Shown: one piece after another, positions 17,513 to 27,756 of the stretch
How the letters are laid out: every line of letters starts with the position of its first letter
Numbering within the stretch: the first letter of the stretch is position 1
Made by a program: the position numbers and the translations under genes
Notes under the pieces: model-generated
Databases searched by the model: none
Told to the model about the DNA's origin: nothing
What the model saw: the letters and a program-made list of their open reading frames with translations, nothing else
Source: a bacterium
GTDB taxonomy: Bacteria; Patescibacteriota; CPR2; UBA1875; JAJYID01
Length of the DNA stretch: 64,000 bases
Direction: 5' to 3'
NCBI GenBank assembly: GCA_021787535.1
Contig: JAJYLR010000001.1
Location: 492,321-556,320 of the forward strand

Positions 17513-17772
17513 TGGCTATATCGTGCAAAATATGAGCATTTTGTCATTCTGAGCGCAGCCAAAGAATTAGAAAGGCGACGACACTGCTTTACTAAACTAC
17601 ATTAGTTTATTAAAAAAGTTCGAATCCGATAAGATCCACCAGATTTGTGTCTTGATATAATATCTTGCCTTAATAACTTTTTTCTTTAACATTATAATAT
17701 TGATAGGTTAGATTATAAGTGTTATAATACATTTTTACTGGTACCTTTTCCAATCTGACTAAGGAGATTCTT

Positions 17773-18363
17773 ATGTCAATCAATCAAATGGCTGAAACAA
17801 AGATTATCCAAGAAGCCAAGGAATATTTCCTTCTTACCTTAGAAGAAATGCCGAAACTCTTAGGAGATATCCTTTCAAAACATCTGCAAATCATGCCGAA
17901 ATGGACCGAAAAAATCCTCACGATGTATTCCGAAGCTGATCCGGAAATCGTGGGAATAGCAGCATGGTTCCATGATATTGGATATCTGGACTGCGAAAAT
18001 TTCTCCGAAGATGATCATGCGGTGTACTCTGAGAGAAGGGTGATAGATTTTCTGGTTGATCGCAGTTACCCGCAGGATAATCTCGAAAAAATAGCGCATT
18101 GCATCCGCGCCCATCGCTGTCGCGATATTCAACCTATTACTCTTGAAGCAAAGATTATCGCTGTAGCCGACTCCGCCAGTCATCTCACTGACTACGCTTA
18201 TATCAATCTCATTCAGTTGGAGAGTAGGGAATATGCTTTGCAGAAATTGAAACGAGATTATCGAGATCTCGGTCTTCTGCCTGAGGTAAAGGCAGAATTA
18301 AATCAACTTTATGCAGCATGGTTGCAGTTGATAGCATGTTTTCCTGAATGGAAAATAGCATAA
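17773..18363 (+). CDS. HD-domain protein
   Basis: AWFHDIG, DDHA, IRAH, VADSASH; SD AAGGAG. Confidence 0.85.
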   Translation: MSINQMAETKIIQEAKEYFLLTLEEMPKLLGDILSKHLQIMPKWTEKILTMYSEADPEIVGIAAWFHDIGYLDCENFSEDDHAVYSERRVIDFLVDRSYPQDNLEKIAHCIRAHRCRDIQPITLEAKIIAVADSASHLTDYAYINLIQLESREYALQKLKRDYRDLGLLPEVKAELNQLYAAWLQLIACFPEWKIA

Positions 18364-18536
18364 GATCAAAACCAAGGTCTTTAAAACTCACGCCCGGGTC
18401 AATGCCCGGGCGTAGTTCATTTGATTTAAAATTTATCAAAAAAACATTTGACATTTGAACTTGAGTTGTGCTATAATATGGTTCAGATATTAGAAATCTG
18501 AATTCTGAATTCAGATTATCGAAAAACAAGACAATT

Positions 18537-19607
18537 ATGGCAAAAATGCAAACAACATTGAAAAACAAAGATCTGGCAGGAGGAAAACAAGGAGATTTTA
18601 GCCAGATGGCTGCTTTAGTGTTGTCAAGAAATATCCTAAAAAAGGAACGGGATATCAATGTCCTTACAGAAAGATATGGCATAAAGGGCGAGAAACCCAA
18701 AACACTCGAGGCAATAGGAAAAAAACTGGGAGTCACTAGGGAAAGGGTGAGACAGATTGAAAAAGCAGCACTCACAAAAATCGAAAAACAAGCGTCGAAA
18801 ATAGAAAAAATTCAGAGCTTTCACCAAAAACTCGATAAAAAGATCGAGGATTTTGGCGGCCTTGTAAATGAAGAGAGGTTAATCTCCGCTTTTATTGAAA
18901 CAAAGAAACAAAATCCAGCGGAAGTTAATGCCTTTTTATTGCTTGTTCAGTTAGACACTAAGCTGATGCGCCACGGCGAGAGTAAAGAAACAAGAAACTA
19001 CTGGATTTTGAAAAAAGCTGATCAGAAAAAATTCCTCGAGCTTTCAAAAGAAATTAATAATCTCTTGGAGAGAAAGAAAAAAGTTATTAGCGCCGAAGAT
19101 ATAGCGAAAGAATTATCCGCTTCTCGGGTAACGATCGAGTCACTTTTGTGGATTAAGAAAAATACGCTTCAAACCGAGGAGAAAAAATGGGGGCTCATTA
19201 CTTGGCGCGAAGTAAACCCGAAAAGTATCAAAGACAAAACATATATCATTATGAAGAAGCATAAAAAACCGCTTCATTACAGTGAAATAACAAAGAAAAT
19301 CCTAGCACACAGACTTCAAAAAAGACCGGTTACTAAGCAAGCGGTACATAATGAACTGATAAGAGACGATAGATTTGTCCTGATAGGCCGAGGTATTTAT
19401 GCACTCAGTGAATGGGGCTATAAACCCGGGGTTGTCGAAGAGGTAATCGTTGAAATCCTGCGTGAAGCCGGCCACCCGATGCACAAAAATGAAATTATTG
19501 AACACGTTAAAAAACACAGAATTGTCAAAGAAACAACTGTTATCTTAAATCTGCAGAGGAATACTTTTAAAAGGGTAGCCAGAGCAACTTATACATTAGC
19601 AGACTAA
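18537..19607 (+). CDS. Sigma-70 region 4-like HTH plus HARE/RNAP-delta-like HTH protein (CPR-typical)
   Basis: TLEAIGKKLGVTRERVRQIE; PLHYSEI..VHNELIRDDRFVLIGRGIYAL.EWG; consensus-like promoter upstream. Confidence 0.85.
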   Translation: MAKMQTTLKNKDLAGGKQGDFSQMAALVLSRNILKKERDINVLTERYGIKGEKPKTLEAIGKKLGVTRERVRQIEKAALTKIEKQASKIEKIQSFHQKLDKKIEDFGGLVNEERLISAFIETKKQNPAEVNAFLLLVQLDTKLMRHGESKETRNYWILKKADQKKFLELSKEINNLLERKKKVISAEDIAKELSASRVTIESLLWIKKNTLQTEEKKWGLITWREVNPKSIKDKTYIIMKKHKKPLHYSEITKKILAHRLQKRPVTKQAVHNELIRDDRFVLIGRGIYALSEWGYKPGVVEEVIVEILREAGHPMHKNEIIEHVKKHRIVKETTVILNLQRNTFKRVARATYTLAD

Positions 19608-19692
19608 TTTAGGTTGGTGGGTGATTAGGTTAGTAGGTTAACAGAAAAAGACCCAATATACCAACACACCCATTAACCCATTAACCAAAACT

Positions 19693-22600
19693 ATGTTTGA
19701 AATCTTAATTTATATTTTAAAGGGAATTTTTCAGCTTTTAATGTGGACGTGGTGGATTATAGTGCCCATCATTGCCATCATCGCTTTTCAAAATCATAGA
19801 AAAACCAAATGGGTGGAGAAGCTTGAAAGTATTGTACTCTCAGTCAGAATACCTAAAAATAGCGAAAAAGGACCTACATCAGCTGAAATGATGTTTGCCA
19901 GCCTTCATGGTATTTTAAAACCGATTCAAGATCTCAAAAAAGAAGGCGCCATACAAGAACATATAAGCTTTGAAATGGTTGCGGACGCTAAGTCTATTAC
20001 ATTCTATGTATGGACTCCTAAACACTTGCAAAATTTTGTTGAGGGACAAATTTATGCGCAATACCCTACAGCTGAAATATCAGCAGTCGATGATTACTCA
20101 AAAAATATCGATGTGGACCATGACGGAATAGACGACTGCGTCGCAGGATGTGAACTGAAACTTGTGAGACCGGACTATTTTCCAATTAAAACTTTTGTGA
20201 ACTTTGAAGTAGATCCTCTGGCTGGGATAACCGGCGCATTATCTAAAATAGAGAATGCAGATGAAAAAATGTGGATTCAAATTCTTACAAGGCCTGTCTC
20301 AGATAGTTGGAGAGATAAAGGACTTGCATACGCTGAAAATTTAAAAAATGGAACCGGACCAAGCCTCTTCACAAAGGCAGGAATCACACATGGCCTGATA
20401 ACGCTTCCAATTACAATCCTGCATGGAATCTTCAATGTTATAATGCCAGCTGAAGATTCAAAAGGCGGAGGAGGAGACCAAAAACTGCCGCACAATGTGG
20501 AAACATCGCTCGCATGCCTGGAGGAAAAAGCGAACAAGCTTGGGTATCAGGTTAAAATCAGATTAGTGTATGTAGCAAAGTCTAGAGAATTGGCTCGCCA
20601 ACACTTAAGGATTACAGCCGGTGCCTTCAAGCAGTTTAATACGACAATAGGTAATGGGTTTGCGCCAACAAAGATTAAAACCGGAAGAGATGTTTTGGAG
20701 GAGTACCGTGCCCGGCTTTTTACAGATAAAGGATTTGTTTTAAATATTGAAGAAGTGGCCTCGCTTTACCATCTTCCTCATGCATCCGTAGAAACCCCAA
20801 ACATAGTCTGGACTTCATCTAAAAAGGGTGAACCGCCTGCGAATCTTCCTTATGAAGGAATGGTTGCGCCAGAAGACCTCACAGTTTTTGCTGAAACAAC
20901 TTTCAGGGGACAACCTAAAAGATTTGGAATAAAAAAAGACGATAGAAGAAGACATATGTATATTATCGGTAAAAGTGGTACCGGCAAATCAAAACTTTTA
21001 GAGATTCTGGCGGTAGATGATATCGAAAGAGGGCAGGGTGTCGGAATAGTCGATCCTCATGGAGAACTTGTCCATGATGTTTTAAAAAGAATACCTGCAC
21101 ACAGGGTTAATGATGTAGTTTATGTCAATCCAGCAGACAAAGATTTCCCGGTCGGTTTTAACCCATTGGAAACCACGCCAGAGTTTAGAGAAGAAACAAC
21201 ATCGGGTTTTGTCGTCGCTCTGGAACGGCTCTTCGGCTATAGCTGGGGTCCGCGTCTTGAGTATGTCCTGAGATATACTGTCTTAGCCCTTACTTATACC
21301 GAAGATGCTACCATGCTTTCAATCATCAGAATGCTGACTGACAAAGATTATAGAAAAAAGGTTCTGGAACGGGTAGAAGACCCTGTTGTAAAAACTTTCT
21401 GGCTTAAAGAATGGACTACATATAATGACCGATTTCAGGCAGAAGCAGTGGCTCCAATTTTAAATAAGGTCGGACAGTTCACTGCTTCGCCGATTATTCG
21501 AAATATTGTCGGACAAGCTAAGGGTACCATAGACTTCGCCGAAGCAATCAATAACCAAAAAATCTTGTTAGTCGACCTTTCGACTGGAAAAATAGGGGAG
21601 GATAACGCCGAACTTTTAGGTTCATTTATCATTACAAAACTTCAACTTGCCGCTATGGCCAGGTCAAAGATAAGACCGGAAGACAGAAAAGATTTTTATC
21701 TGTATGTTGATGAGTTTCAAAACTTTGCTACTAAATCTTTCGCCACAATCCTGTCTGAAGCCAGAAAATACAAGCTCAATCTAACATTGGCAAACCAGTA
21801 CATCGCTCAAATGGAAGAGACAGTCCGAGATGCTGTTTTTGGCAATGTCGGCTCGCTGATATCATTTAGGGTCGGGGCAACGGATGCTTCTTATTTAGAA
21901 AGAGAATTCAGTCCTGTCTTTGAGAAAAACGATCTCATTAATCTCGATAATCAGCATTTGTACCTTAATATGCTCATCGACGGTGTCACAACCATACCTT
22001 TCAGCGCTAAAACTATCAATGTGGCCGCTCCGGATCCGGCAAAAGATAATACTGAAAAAATTGTCCAAGCTTCAAGAGAGAGGTATAGTATCTCGAGACA
22101 GGAGATAGAAGATAAGATCACCAAATGGACCAATATTGATAAAATTGATATCGGCGCCAGAATGGATAAACAGGAAAAATCAAGATTTGAAAAAACTAAT
22201 GAAGAAATTGAACAAGAAGCGCGGATAAAAAAGAGCAGTCAATTTAAAAGAACCGATCCACAGAAAAGTACTAAACAAAATCCTGAAACGATCCAGGTTA
22301 AAAAGAGTGTTGATCCGGAAGAACTAAAGAAAATTATTCAGAAAGTAACCCGTCCCACCACTCAAAGCCAGAGCTTGGCAAAAGGAAGCAGCGACGAAAA
22401 TAAGCAAGAATCCCAAGACAATGTAAATCAAGTGAGGGGAGTTCAAAATGTCCAAAATGCACCTATACTTAAGAAAATTCAAGAGATCACTAATAAAGAA
22501 TCTGCACAGCCGTCAAACAAGATTCCAAACAAAGTAGAAGAAACAATTCGAGAAAAGCTTGCAAAACAAGCTTTAAGCGACAGCCCCAAAAACCGGGAAT

Positions 22601-23169
22601 CTATCGATCAAAAGACCGGCAAAGGCAGTCAAAACCAAGCATCTCAAGAGCAGCAGCCGAAAAAAACTCAGCCAGCGAGTATCGAAATTTCAAAAACATT
22701 CACGCCTGCAGCAAAATGGCAGGATAATAATATAAAAAGCAATATCGCAGCTCCAGCTCAAAAGCAGGACACGAAAAAGAACAAAGAACCGGAGGTCAAG
22801 ACGCAGCAAGACAATGAGATAAAAAAAGGCGGGCCTTCCGGCAATCAAGCTGAGCAAGAAAAGCCGCTTCAGAACAAGGTTAAGCCCTCAATTAAAATTA
22901 CAAGATTTACCGGCGCTGCTTCAGCGGAGAAGGCAGAATTTCCAAAGCAAGAACAAAAAACCCAGGAAGCGCCGCAAAAAAAGCTAAGCGACACCGATAA
23001 AGAACCCAATCAAGGCCAAGATAAAAGAGTAATTAATCCTGTAGGCATACCGGCTATCATGATGAAGAGGTTTATCCCGGATGATGAAAATATTAGAAAG
23101 TTGACTAGGGAAGAGTTCCTGAAACTTCAAGAGATACAGCCCAACGAGAAGATTATCATTATTGACTAG
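19693..23169 (+). CDS. VirD4/TraD/HerA-like ATPase with N-terminal membrane anchor and long low-complexity tail
   Basis: HMYIIGKSGTGKS (Walker A), DPHG, LYVDEFQNF (Walker B), LSEARKY, LANQ. Confidence 0.88.
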   Translation: MFEILIYILKGIFQLLMWTWWIIVPIIAIIAFQNHRKTKWVEKLESIVLSVRIPKNSEKGPTSAEMMFASLHGILKPIQDLKKEGAIQEHISFEMVADAKSITFYVWTPKHLQNFVEGQIYAQYPTAEISAVDDYSKNIDVDHDGIDDCVAGCELKLVRPDYFPIKTFVNFEVDPLAGITGALSKIENADEKMWIQILTRPVSDSWRDKGLAYAENLKNGTGPSLFTKAGITHGLITLPITILHGIFNVIMPAEDSKGGGGDQKLPHNVETSLACLEEKANKLGYQVKIRLVYVAKSRELARQHLRITAGAFKQFNTTIGNGFAPTKIKTGRDVLEEYRARLFTDKGFVLNIEEVASLYHLPHASVETPNIVWTSSKKGEPPANLPYEGMVAPEDLTVFAETTFRGQPKRFGIKKDDRRRHMYIIGKSGTGKSKLLEILAVDDIERGQGVGIVDPHGELVHDVLKRIPAHRVNDVVYVNPADKDFPVGFNPLETTPEFREETTSGFVVALERLFGYSWGPRLEYVLRYTVLALTYTEDATMLSIIRMLTDKDYRKKVLERVEDPVVKTFWLKEWTTYNDRFQAEAVAPILNKVGQFTASPIIRNIVGQAKGTIDFAEAINNQKILLVDLSTGKIGEDNAELLGSFIITKLQLAAMARSKIRPEDRKDFYLYVDEFQNFATKSFATILSEARKYKLNLTLANQYIAQMEETVRDAVFGNVGSLISFRVGATDASYLEREFSPVFEKNDLINLDNQHLYLNMLIDGVTTIPFSAKTINVAAPDPAKDNTEKIVQASRERYSISRQEIEDKITKWTNIDKIDIGARMDKQEKSRFEKTNEEIEQEARIKKSSQFKRTDPQKSTKQNPETIQVKKSVDPEELKKIIQKVTRPTTQSQSLAKGSSDENKQESQDNVNQVRGVQNVQNAPILKKIQEITNKESAQPSNKIPNKVEETIREKLAKQALSDSPKNRESIDQKTGKGSQNQASQEQQPKKTQPASIEISKTFTPAAKWQDNNIKSNIAAPAQKQDTKKNKEPEVKTQQDNEIKKGGPSGNQAEQEKPLQNKVKPSIKITRFTGAASAEKAEFPKQEQKTQEAPQKKLSDTDKEPNQGQDKRVINPVGIPAIMMKRFIPDDENIRKLTREEFLKLQEIQPNEKIIIID

Positions 23170-23488
23170 AGAGAAAACTCAATAAATGTAGGGAAGAGCA
23201 GGGTATTATTCACACTAATCGGTTAATATTTTATCAGCCGGACTCTTAATATTTCTATTCAAATCAAGTAATAAAAAAGTGGATTCTCTCCCCTTTTTCA
23301 AATGTAAAATTTTTAGCGCAAGCCAACTAAAGAAGCAAAGACGGCTGTAATATTTTAATTAAATAAAACAATAAACTCTTACCTCTATTCTAGAGCTGAG
23401 GGTCAAGAACTCAAAAGAAAAATATCAAAATTCACCCAAAACACTTGAAAATTCTAAGAAAGAAGGTAAGGTAACCCCGATGGACATA

Positions 23489-23516
23489 ATGTCGTACAAT
23501 GTATCTTATGCGACAT
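23489..23516. other. dif-like Xer recombination site
   Basis: ATGTCGTACAA-TGTATC-TTATGCGACAT; 11-6-11 near-palindrome at the gene-orientation convergence. Confidence 0.6.
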
Positions 23517-23554
23517 TTCGCTTACATATGCTGCGATACCTTATTTTGATCTTC

Positions 23555-24373
23555 TTACTTATAAAAAACCCTGTCTTTAATGCGCATATCCATATATGTA
23601 AGATGGTGGCCTTTAATCTCCGGGCTGTTGATAGCAGCTGCTAGATTTGCAAGTTCATGCGCCGGATCCCTTGTAGTATCAAAGGTAATATAAAAACCAA
23701 GCGTCGTTTGAACAACCGCCTCATTAAAATTATCATTAATTTCTATTTTCGTAATTTTAGCCCCCGTATCTTTAGTAAAGTTTTGGTTTAAATATTGAAT
23801 AAACCTAATAAACTCAGGAGTTACCATGCTCTTCCCTATTTCGACAGGCAGATTTTTTTTATCTTCGATTGTTACAAGATCGTTTCTCTTACCTGGTGCC
23901 ACTCCTACCACCTTGCCTTTTTCATCCACTAAATAATATTTCCCGCCGCTTAACCACTCAAGTTCCAAAACATATTCATCTAGATTAACGCTAATTCTGT
24001 CGGGATAATGTTTAGTAATTTTTAATGTTTTTAAAGCATACTTTTTCTTTAAATTTCTTTCCGCGCCATCCGTATCGAAAAAGAGAATATTGCCCTTAAA
24101 AAATTCTTTTTCCATACTAGCATTAATATCGGAGATAATTTGATCAGAAGAGAGTTCCCTTGTCCCTTTAACATCCACTGTCTTAACTCTAAAAACCCCG
24201 GAAAAAAGGATGAGATACAAAATGCCAGCCATTGATAAAAAGACAAGCGGGTAATATAAGCGAGTCATATCAAAACCGTCGGGTTCTTCTATTTCTGTAC
24301 GCTTATATACAAGTTTATTGCGGCTCTGCAATCTTTTTATTTTACCGGCCCTTCTCCCCTGCTGCCCTCTCAT
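23555..24373 (-). CDS. ftsQ: FtsQ/DivIB-type POTRA protein
   Basis: Single TM, POTRA-like region, C-terminal YMDMR; dcw position. Confidence 0.8.
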   Translation of the reverse strand: MRGQQGRRAGKIKRLQSRNKLVYKRTEIEEPDGFDMTRLYYPLVFLSMAGILYLILFSGVFRVKTVDVKGTRELSSDQIISDINASMEKEFFKGNILFFDTDGAERNLKKKYALKTLKITKHYPDRISVNLDEYVLELEWLSGGKYYLVDEKGKVVGVAPGKRNDLVTIEDKKNLPVEIGKSMVTPEFIRFIQYLNQNFTKDTGAKITKIEINDNFNEAVVQTTLGFYITFDTTRDPAHELANLAAAINSPEIKGHHLTYMDMRIKDRVFYK

Positions 24374-25526
24374 CGCGAACCCTTTCTCTTTGTTCTCTCT
24401 TATAATAATTGATTAAATGTTCGGCAATGATTTTTGCCGCATCTTCTTTGTAAAAACTATGAATTTTTTCCGATAAATATCCCAGTTCATCCGGATCTTC
24501 TAGAAGCTTGTCTGCTTGTCTAAAAAGTTTTTCCGGCGTTAAATGACTCTGAAGCATCACATAAGCAGCGCCTTCTCTAGAATATGCCTTGGCGTTTGCT
24601 AGCTGATGATCGCCTGCCGATGACTCAAGAGGAATAATGATGGCCGGTTTTTTCATGGCAGCTATTTCAGTCAAGGCATTATTCCCAGCCCTTGATATAA
24701 TAAGGTCAGAGATACTGTAAGCGTCCTTGAGTTCATTAGTCAGAAAACTAAAAAGCCGGTATCTTTCAAGATGATTATATGTTCTGCTCTTATATTCCAG
24801 CCAATCGTAATCCAAATCTCCTGAGAGATGGATGACCTGATATTTTTCCAAATAATTTTCTAATTTCTGGGAAAAAACCTCATTAATCTTTCTCGCGCCC
24901 TGGCTGCCGCCTAAAATAAGAATGGTTTTTAGTTTTCTATCAAAATCAAATGTTTTATAGGCCTCTTTCTTATCACCCAAAAGCAAACCGCGTCTCAGAG
25001 GATTACCTGAATAGATCAGCCGTTCCCTATTCATCTCAGGGAAATTTTCTAATGGATATGAAACAAAAATCCTTCGAGCTTTCTTAGCCAGAATCCTATT
25101 AGAAAGACCTGAGATAATATCAGATTCATGGATAAAATATGGATACCTTTTTATACGGCAAGCCAGACCGATAGGAAGACTGACATATCCGCCTTTCAAA
25201 AAAACCATGTCAGGATCTTCTGCTTTTAAAATTTTAAAAGCATCAAAAATCCCTCGGATGAAATTTATAAAGTCGAAAAGGTTTTTAAGAAAAGTAGTAG
25301 GATTTAATATATTCAAAATCATACTTCGATAGTATCTTCTGAATTTCCCGCTATGGATAGATAGAGTCTTGATATCTGCTTGAGGAATCAGCTTCTCTTC
25401 AATACCCCCCTTGGAGCCGACATACGTTAAATTGATATCCTGTTTTCTCGCTCTCAGCTCTTCAGCAACTGCTAAAAGCGGTGCGACGTGCCCTCCTGAT
25501 CCTCCTCCTGCTATAATAACTTTCAT
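24342..25526 (-). CDS. murG: Undecaprenyl-PP-MurNAc-pentapeptide GlcNAc transferase
   Basis: GGGSGGHV.P, KGGYVS.P, GGSQGA, ISRAG, HQLANA. Confidence 0.95.
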   Translation of the reverse strand: MKVIIAGGGSGGHVAPLLAVAEELRARKQDINLTYVGSKGGIEEKLIPQADIKTLSIHSGKFRRYYRSMILNILNPTTFLKNLFDFINFIRGIFDAFKILKAEDPDMVFLKGGYVSLPIGLACRIKRYPYFIHESDIISGLSNRILAKKARRIFVSYPLENFPEMNRERLIYSGNPLRRGLLLGDKKEAYKTFDFDRKLKTILILGGSQGARKINEVFSQKLENYLEKYQVIHLSGDLDYDWLEYKSRTYNHLERYRLFSFLTNELKDAYSISDLIISRAGNNALTEIAAMKKPAIIIPLESSAGDHQLANAKAYSREGAAYVMLQSHLTPEKLFRQADKLLEDPDELGYLSEKIHSFYKEDAAKIIAEHLINYYKREQRERVRDERAAGEKGR

Positions 25527-26653
25527 TTTCTGTCCTCTCCTAAAGTTTTTCTGGAAATATTTAATAAGATACCGCAAGACGCGATAACCATTGCCACAGA
25601 AGTGCCACCAAAACTTATAAACGGTAATGTCACCCCAGTTAAAGGCAGAAGCGATAAAGCAGCGGCAATATTTAAAATAGCTTGAAAAACAATCCAGCTT
25701 GTTATCCCTACGGCAAGCAAACGCGTATACATATCGCGCGCGTTTCCGGCAATTCTAAAGCCATAATAACCAAAGAGCGCAAAAAGGACGGTAATAACAG
25801 CTGTACCGATAAGACCTCCTTCCTCACCGATAATTGCAAAGATCGAGTCTGTAGCCGCTTCGGGCAAATATCTGTATTTTTGCAGTGATTGGCCGAAACC
25901 TTTACCTATTAATCCTCCTGATCCTATTGCAATCAACGCTTGTTTAGTCTGATAACCGGCCGCATGATTGGCATAAGCCCCAGGATTTAAAAATACTAAG
26001 AATCTCTGCATTCTATAAGGAGAAACTTTAATAAGCAAAAGAAGACCTGCCGCCCCGGCCGCCAAAAGCGAGAGAAGATGACTTATTTTTGCCCCGGAAA
26101 CAAAGTACATCACACCAGCAATCATGATAATCACAATCAGAGTACCCATATCCGGCTGCGCCATGATTAAAATGCCCATTAACCCCAGAAGAGCCAGAAA
26201 AGGCAAAAGTCCGCTCGTCAGATCTCTCACTTCGCGCCCCTTTTTCTCAAAGAGAGCGGCCAGATAAACAATAACTGAAAATTTTAGAAAATCAGACGGC
26301 TGAATCTGAATAGGACCGATGTCAATCCATCTGCGCGCGCCTCCATGTTCCACGCCTACATGTGGAATAAAAACAGCTATAAGAACGAGAATGCTGGCAA
26401 CGAGCATCGGAAATGCCAGTTTTTTCCAATATTCCACGTCAATTTTATAGAAAATGCCCATTAAAACAAAGCCGGTGATAATGCTAAAAACTTGCTTTAC
26501 AAACATATAACGTGAATCGCCGTACTGCTGGAAACTGATTACGCTTGAAGCTGATGAAAGAAAAATTATACCGGCGACAACAAGGAACATGATAACGATA
26601 AAGAGGCGGAAATCCGGAGAAGTTTTTCTAAGGCGGTGTCTAAAAGTACTCAT
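25523..26653 (-). CDS. ftsW: SEDS protein FtsW
   Basis: GARRWI, QPSD, QPDMGT, GKGFGQSLQK, TGVTLPFISFGG. Confidence 0.93.
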   Translation of the reverse strand: MSTFRHRLRKTSPDFRLFIVIMFLVVAGIIFLSSASSVISFQQYGDSRYMFVKQVFSIITGFVLMGIFYKIDVEYWKKLAFPMLVASILVLIAVFIPHVGVEHGGARRWIDIGPIQIQPSDFLKFSVIVYLAALFEKKGREVRDLTSGLLPFLALLGLMGILIMAQPDMGTLIVIIMIAGVMYFVSGAKISHLLSLLAAGAAGLLLLIKVSPYRMQRFLVFLNPGAYANHAAGYQTKQALIAIGSGGLIGKGFGQSLQKYRYLPEAATDSIFAIIGEEGGLIGTAVITVLFALFGYYGFRIAGNARDMYTRLLAVGITSWIVFQAILNIAAALSLLPLTGVTLPFISFGGTSVAMVIASCGILLNISRKTLGEDRK

Positions 26654-26654
26654 T

Positions 26655-27689
26655 CTAGCTGCCTCCGGATATAAATCTGAGTATCACCCCCAAAACTGCG
26701 GCGAAAGCGCCGATAATCCAAAACCTCATTGTTACCTTTGTCTCAGGCCATCCTTTAGCTTCAAAATGATGATGAATAGGAGCAACAATAAAGATCTTCT
26801 TCTTTTTCAGGGCCTTCCAAGAAATAATTTGCAGTAGAGAAGAACCGGCTTCAACGACAAATATTAACCCAATGATAGGCAGCACTAGGGCAGAATTCGT
26901 CAGCATAGCAATAACTCCAAGCGCAGCTCCTAAAGAAATCGCGCCTGTGTCTCCCATGAAAAATCGTGCCGGATAAATATTAAACCATGTGTAGGCCAAA
27001 ATCGCGCCAACCAAAGTTCCGCAGAAAGCCGCAATACCATAGTTGCCCTGAAAAAATGCAATGACAAGGTATGCAAAGAAAGATGTGGCAAGCAGCCCGC
27101 CTGATAGCCCATCCAAACCATCTGTAATATTAACTGCATTGGCGGTAGCAACAAAAACCAAAATAAAAAAGGGCACATATAGCCAGCCAACTTCTAGGTT
27201 GCCGTTAAAAGGAATGTTAATAGCATTGTGGCCAAGTTTTACATAAAACCAATACGCTCCCAAAAAGGCGATAAGAAGCAGCCAGCTCATTTTTACTTTT
27301 GCTTTCATGCCCGCTACTCCGCCTTCAGATCTCACATTGATAATGTCATCAAAAATTCCAAGAATACCTACAGAAACAAGTGCGAAAAGCGGAAGCCATG
27401 TTTGAGATCTGTCTAAATTAAAAAATAAAGTCAAAATAAGCACCGTACCCCAGATGAGCACACCGGCCATAGTCGGAATGTTTCGTTTGTGTTTCTCGCC
27501 ATGTAGTTTTTGAAAGATTTTAGCTTTTTCTCCATCCACTGTCTTAGTTCTGATTTTCTTCCACCACTCATGTTTATAGGCAAAATGGGTGTAAACCGGT
27601 GTCAAAACCATAGCTAATACAAATGCTCCCGCGCTTAAGAGCCCTATCTTTAATATTTGAGATATCATTTCAGGATTTGTTATATTCAT
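26655..27689 (-). CDS. mraY: Phospho-N-acetylmuramoyl-pentapeptide transferase
   Basis: PTMAG, NITDGLDGL, FMGDTG, APIHHHFE. Confidence 0.96.
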   Translation of the reverse strand: MNITNPEMISQILKIGLLSAGAFVLAMVLTPVYTHFAYKHEWWKKIRTKTVDGEKAKIFQKLHGEKHKRNIPTMAGVLIWGTVLILTLFFNLDRSQTWLPLFALVSVGILGIFDDIINVRSEGGVAGMKAKVKMSWLLLIAFLGAYWFYVKLGHNAINIPFNGNLEVGWLYVPFFILVFVATANAVNITDGLDGLSGGLLATSFFAYLVIAFFQGNYGIAAFCGTLVGAILAYTWFNIYPARFFMGDTGAISLGAALGVIAMLTNSALVLPIIGLIFVVEAGSSLLQIISWKALKKKKIFIVAPIHHHFEAKGWPETKVTMRFWIIGAFAAVLGVILRFISGGS

Positions 27690-27756
27690 AAATAAAACCT
27701 TTAGTTAATGGGGACTTCAGTTAATGAGTTCATTAGGTTTTGCCTAGTTCCTTGAG

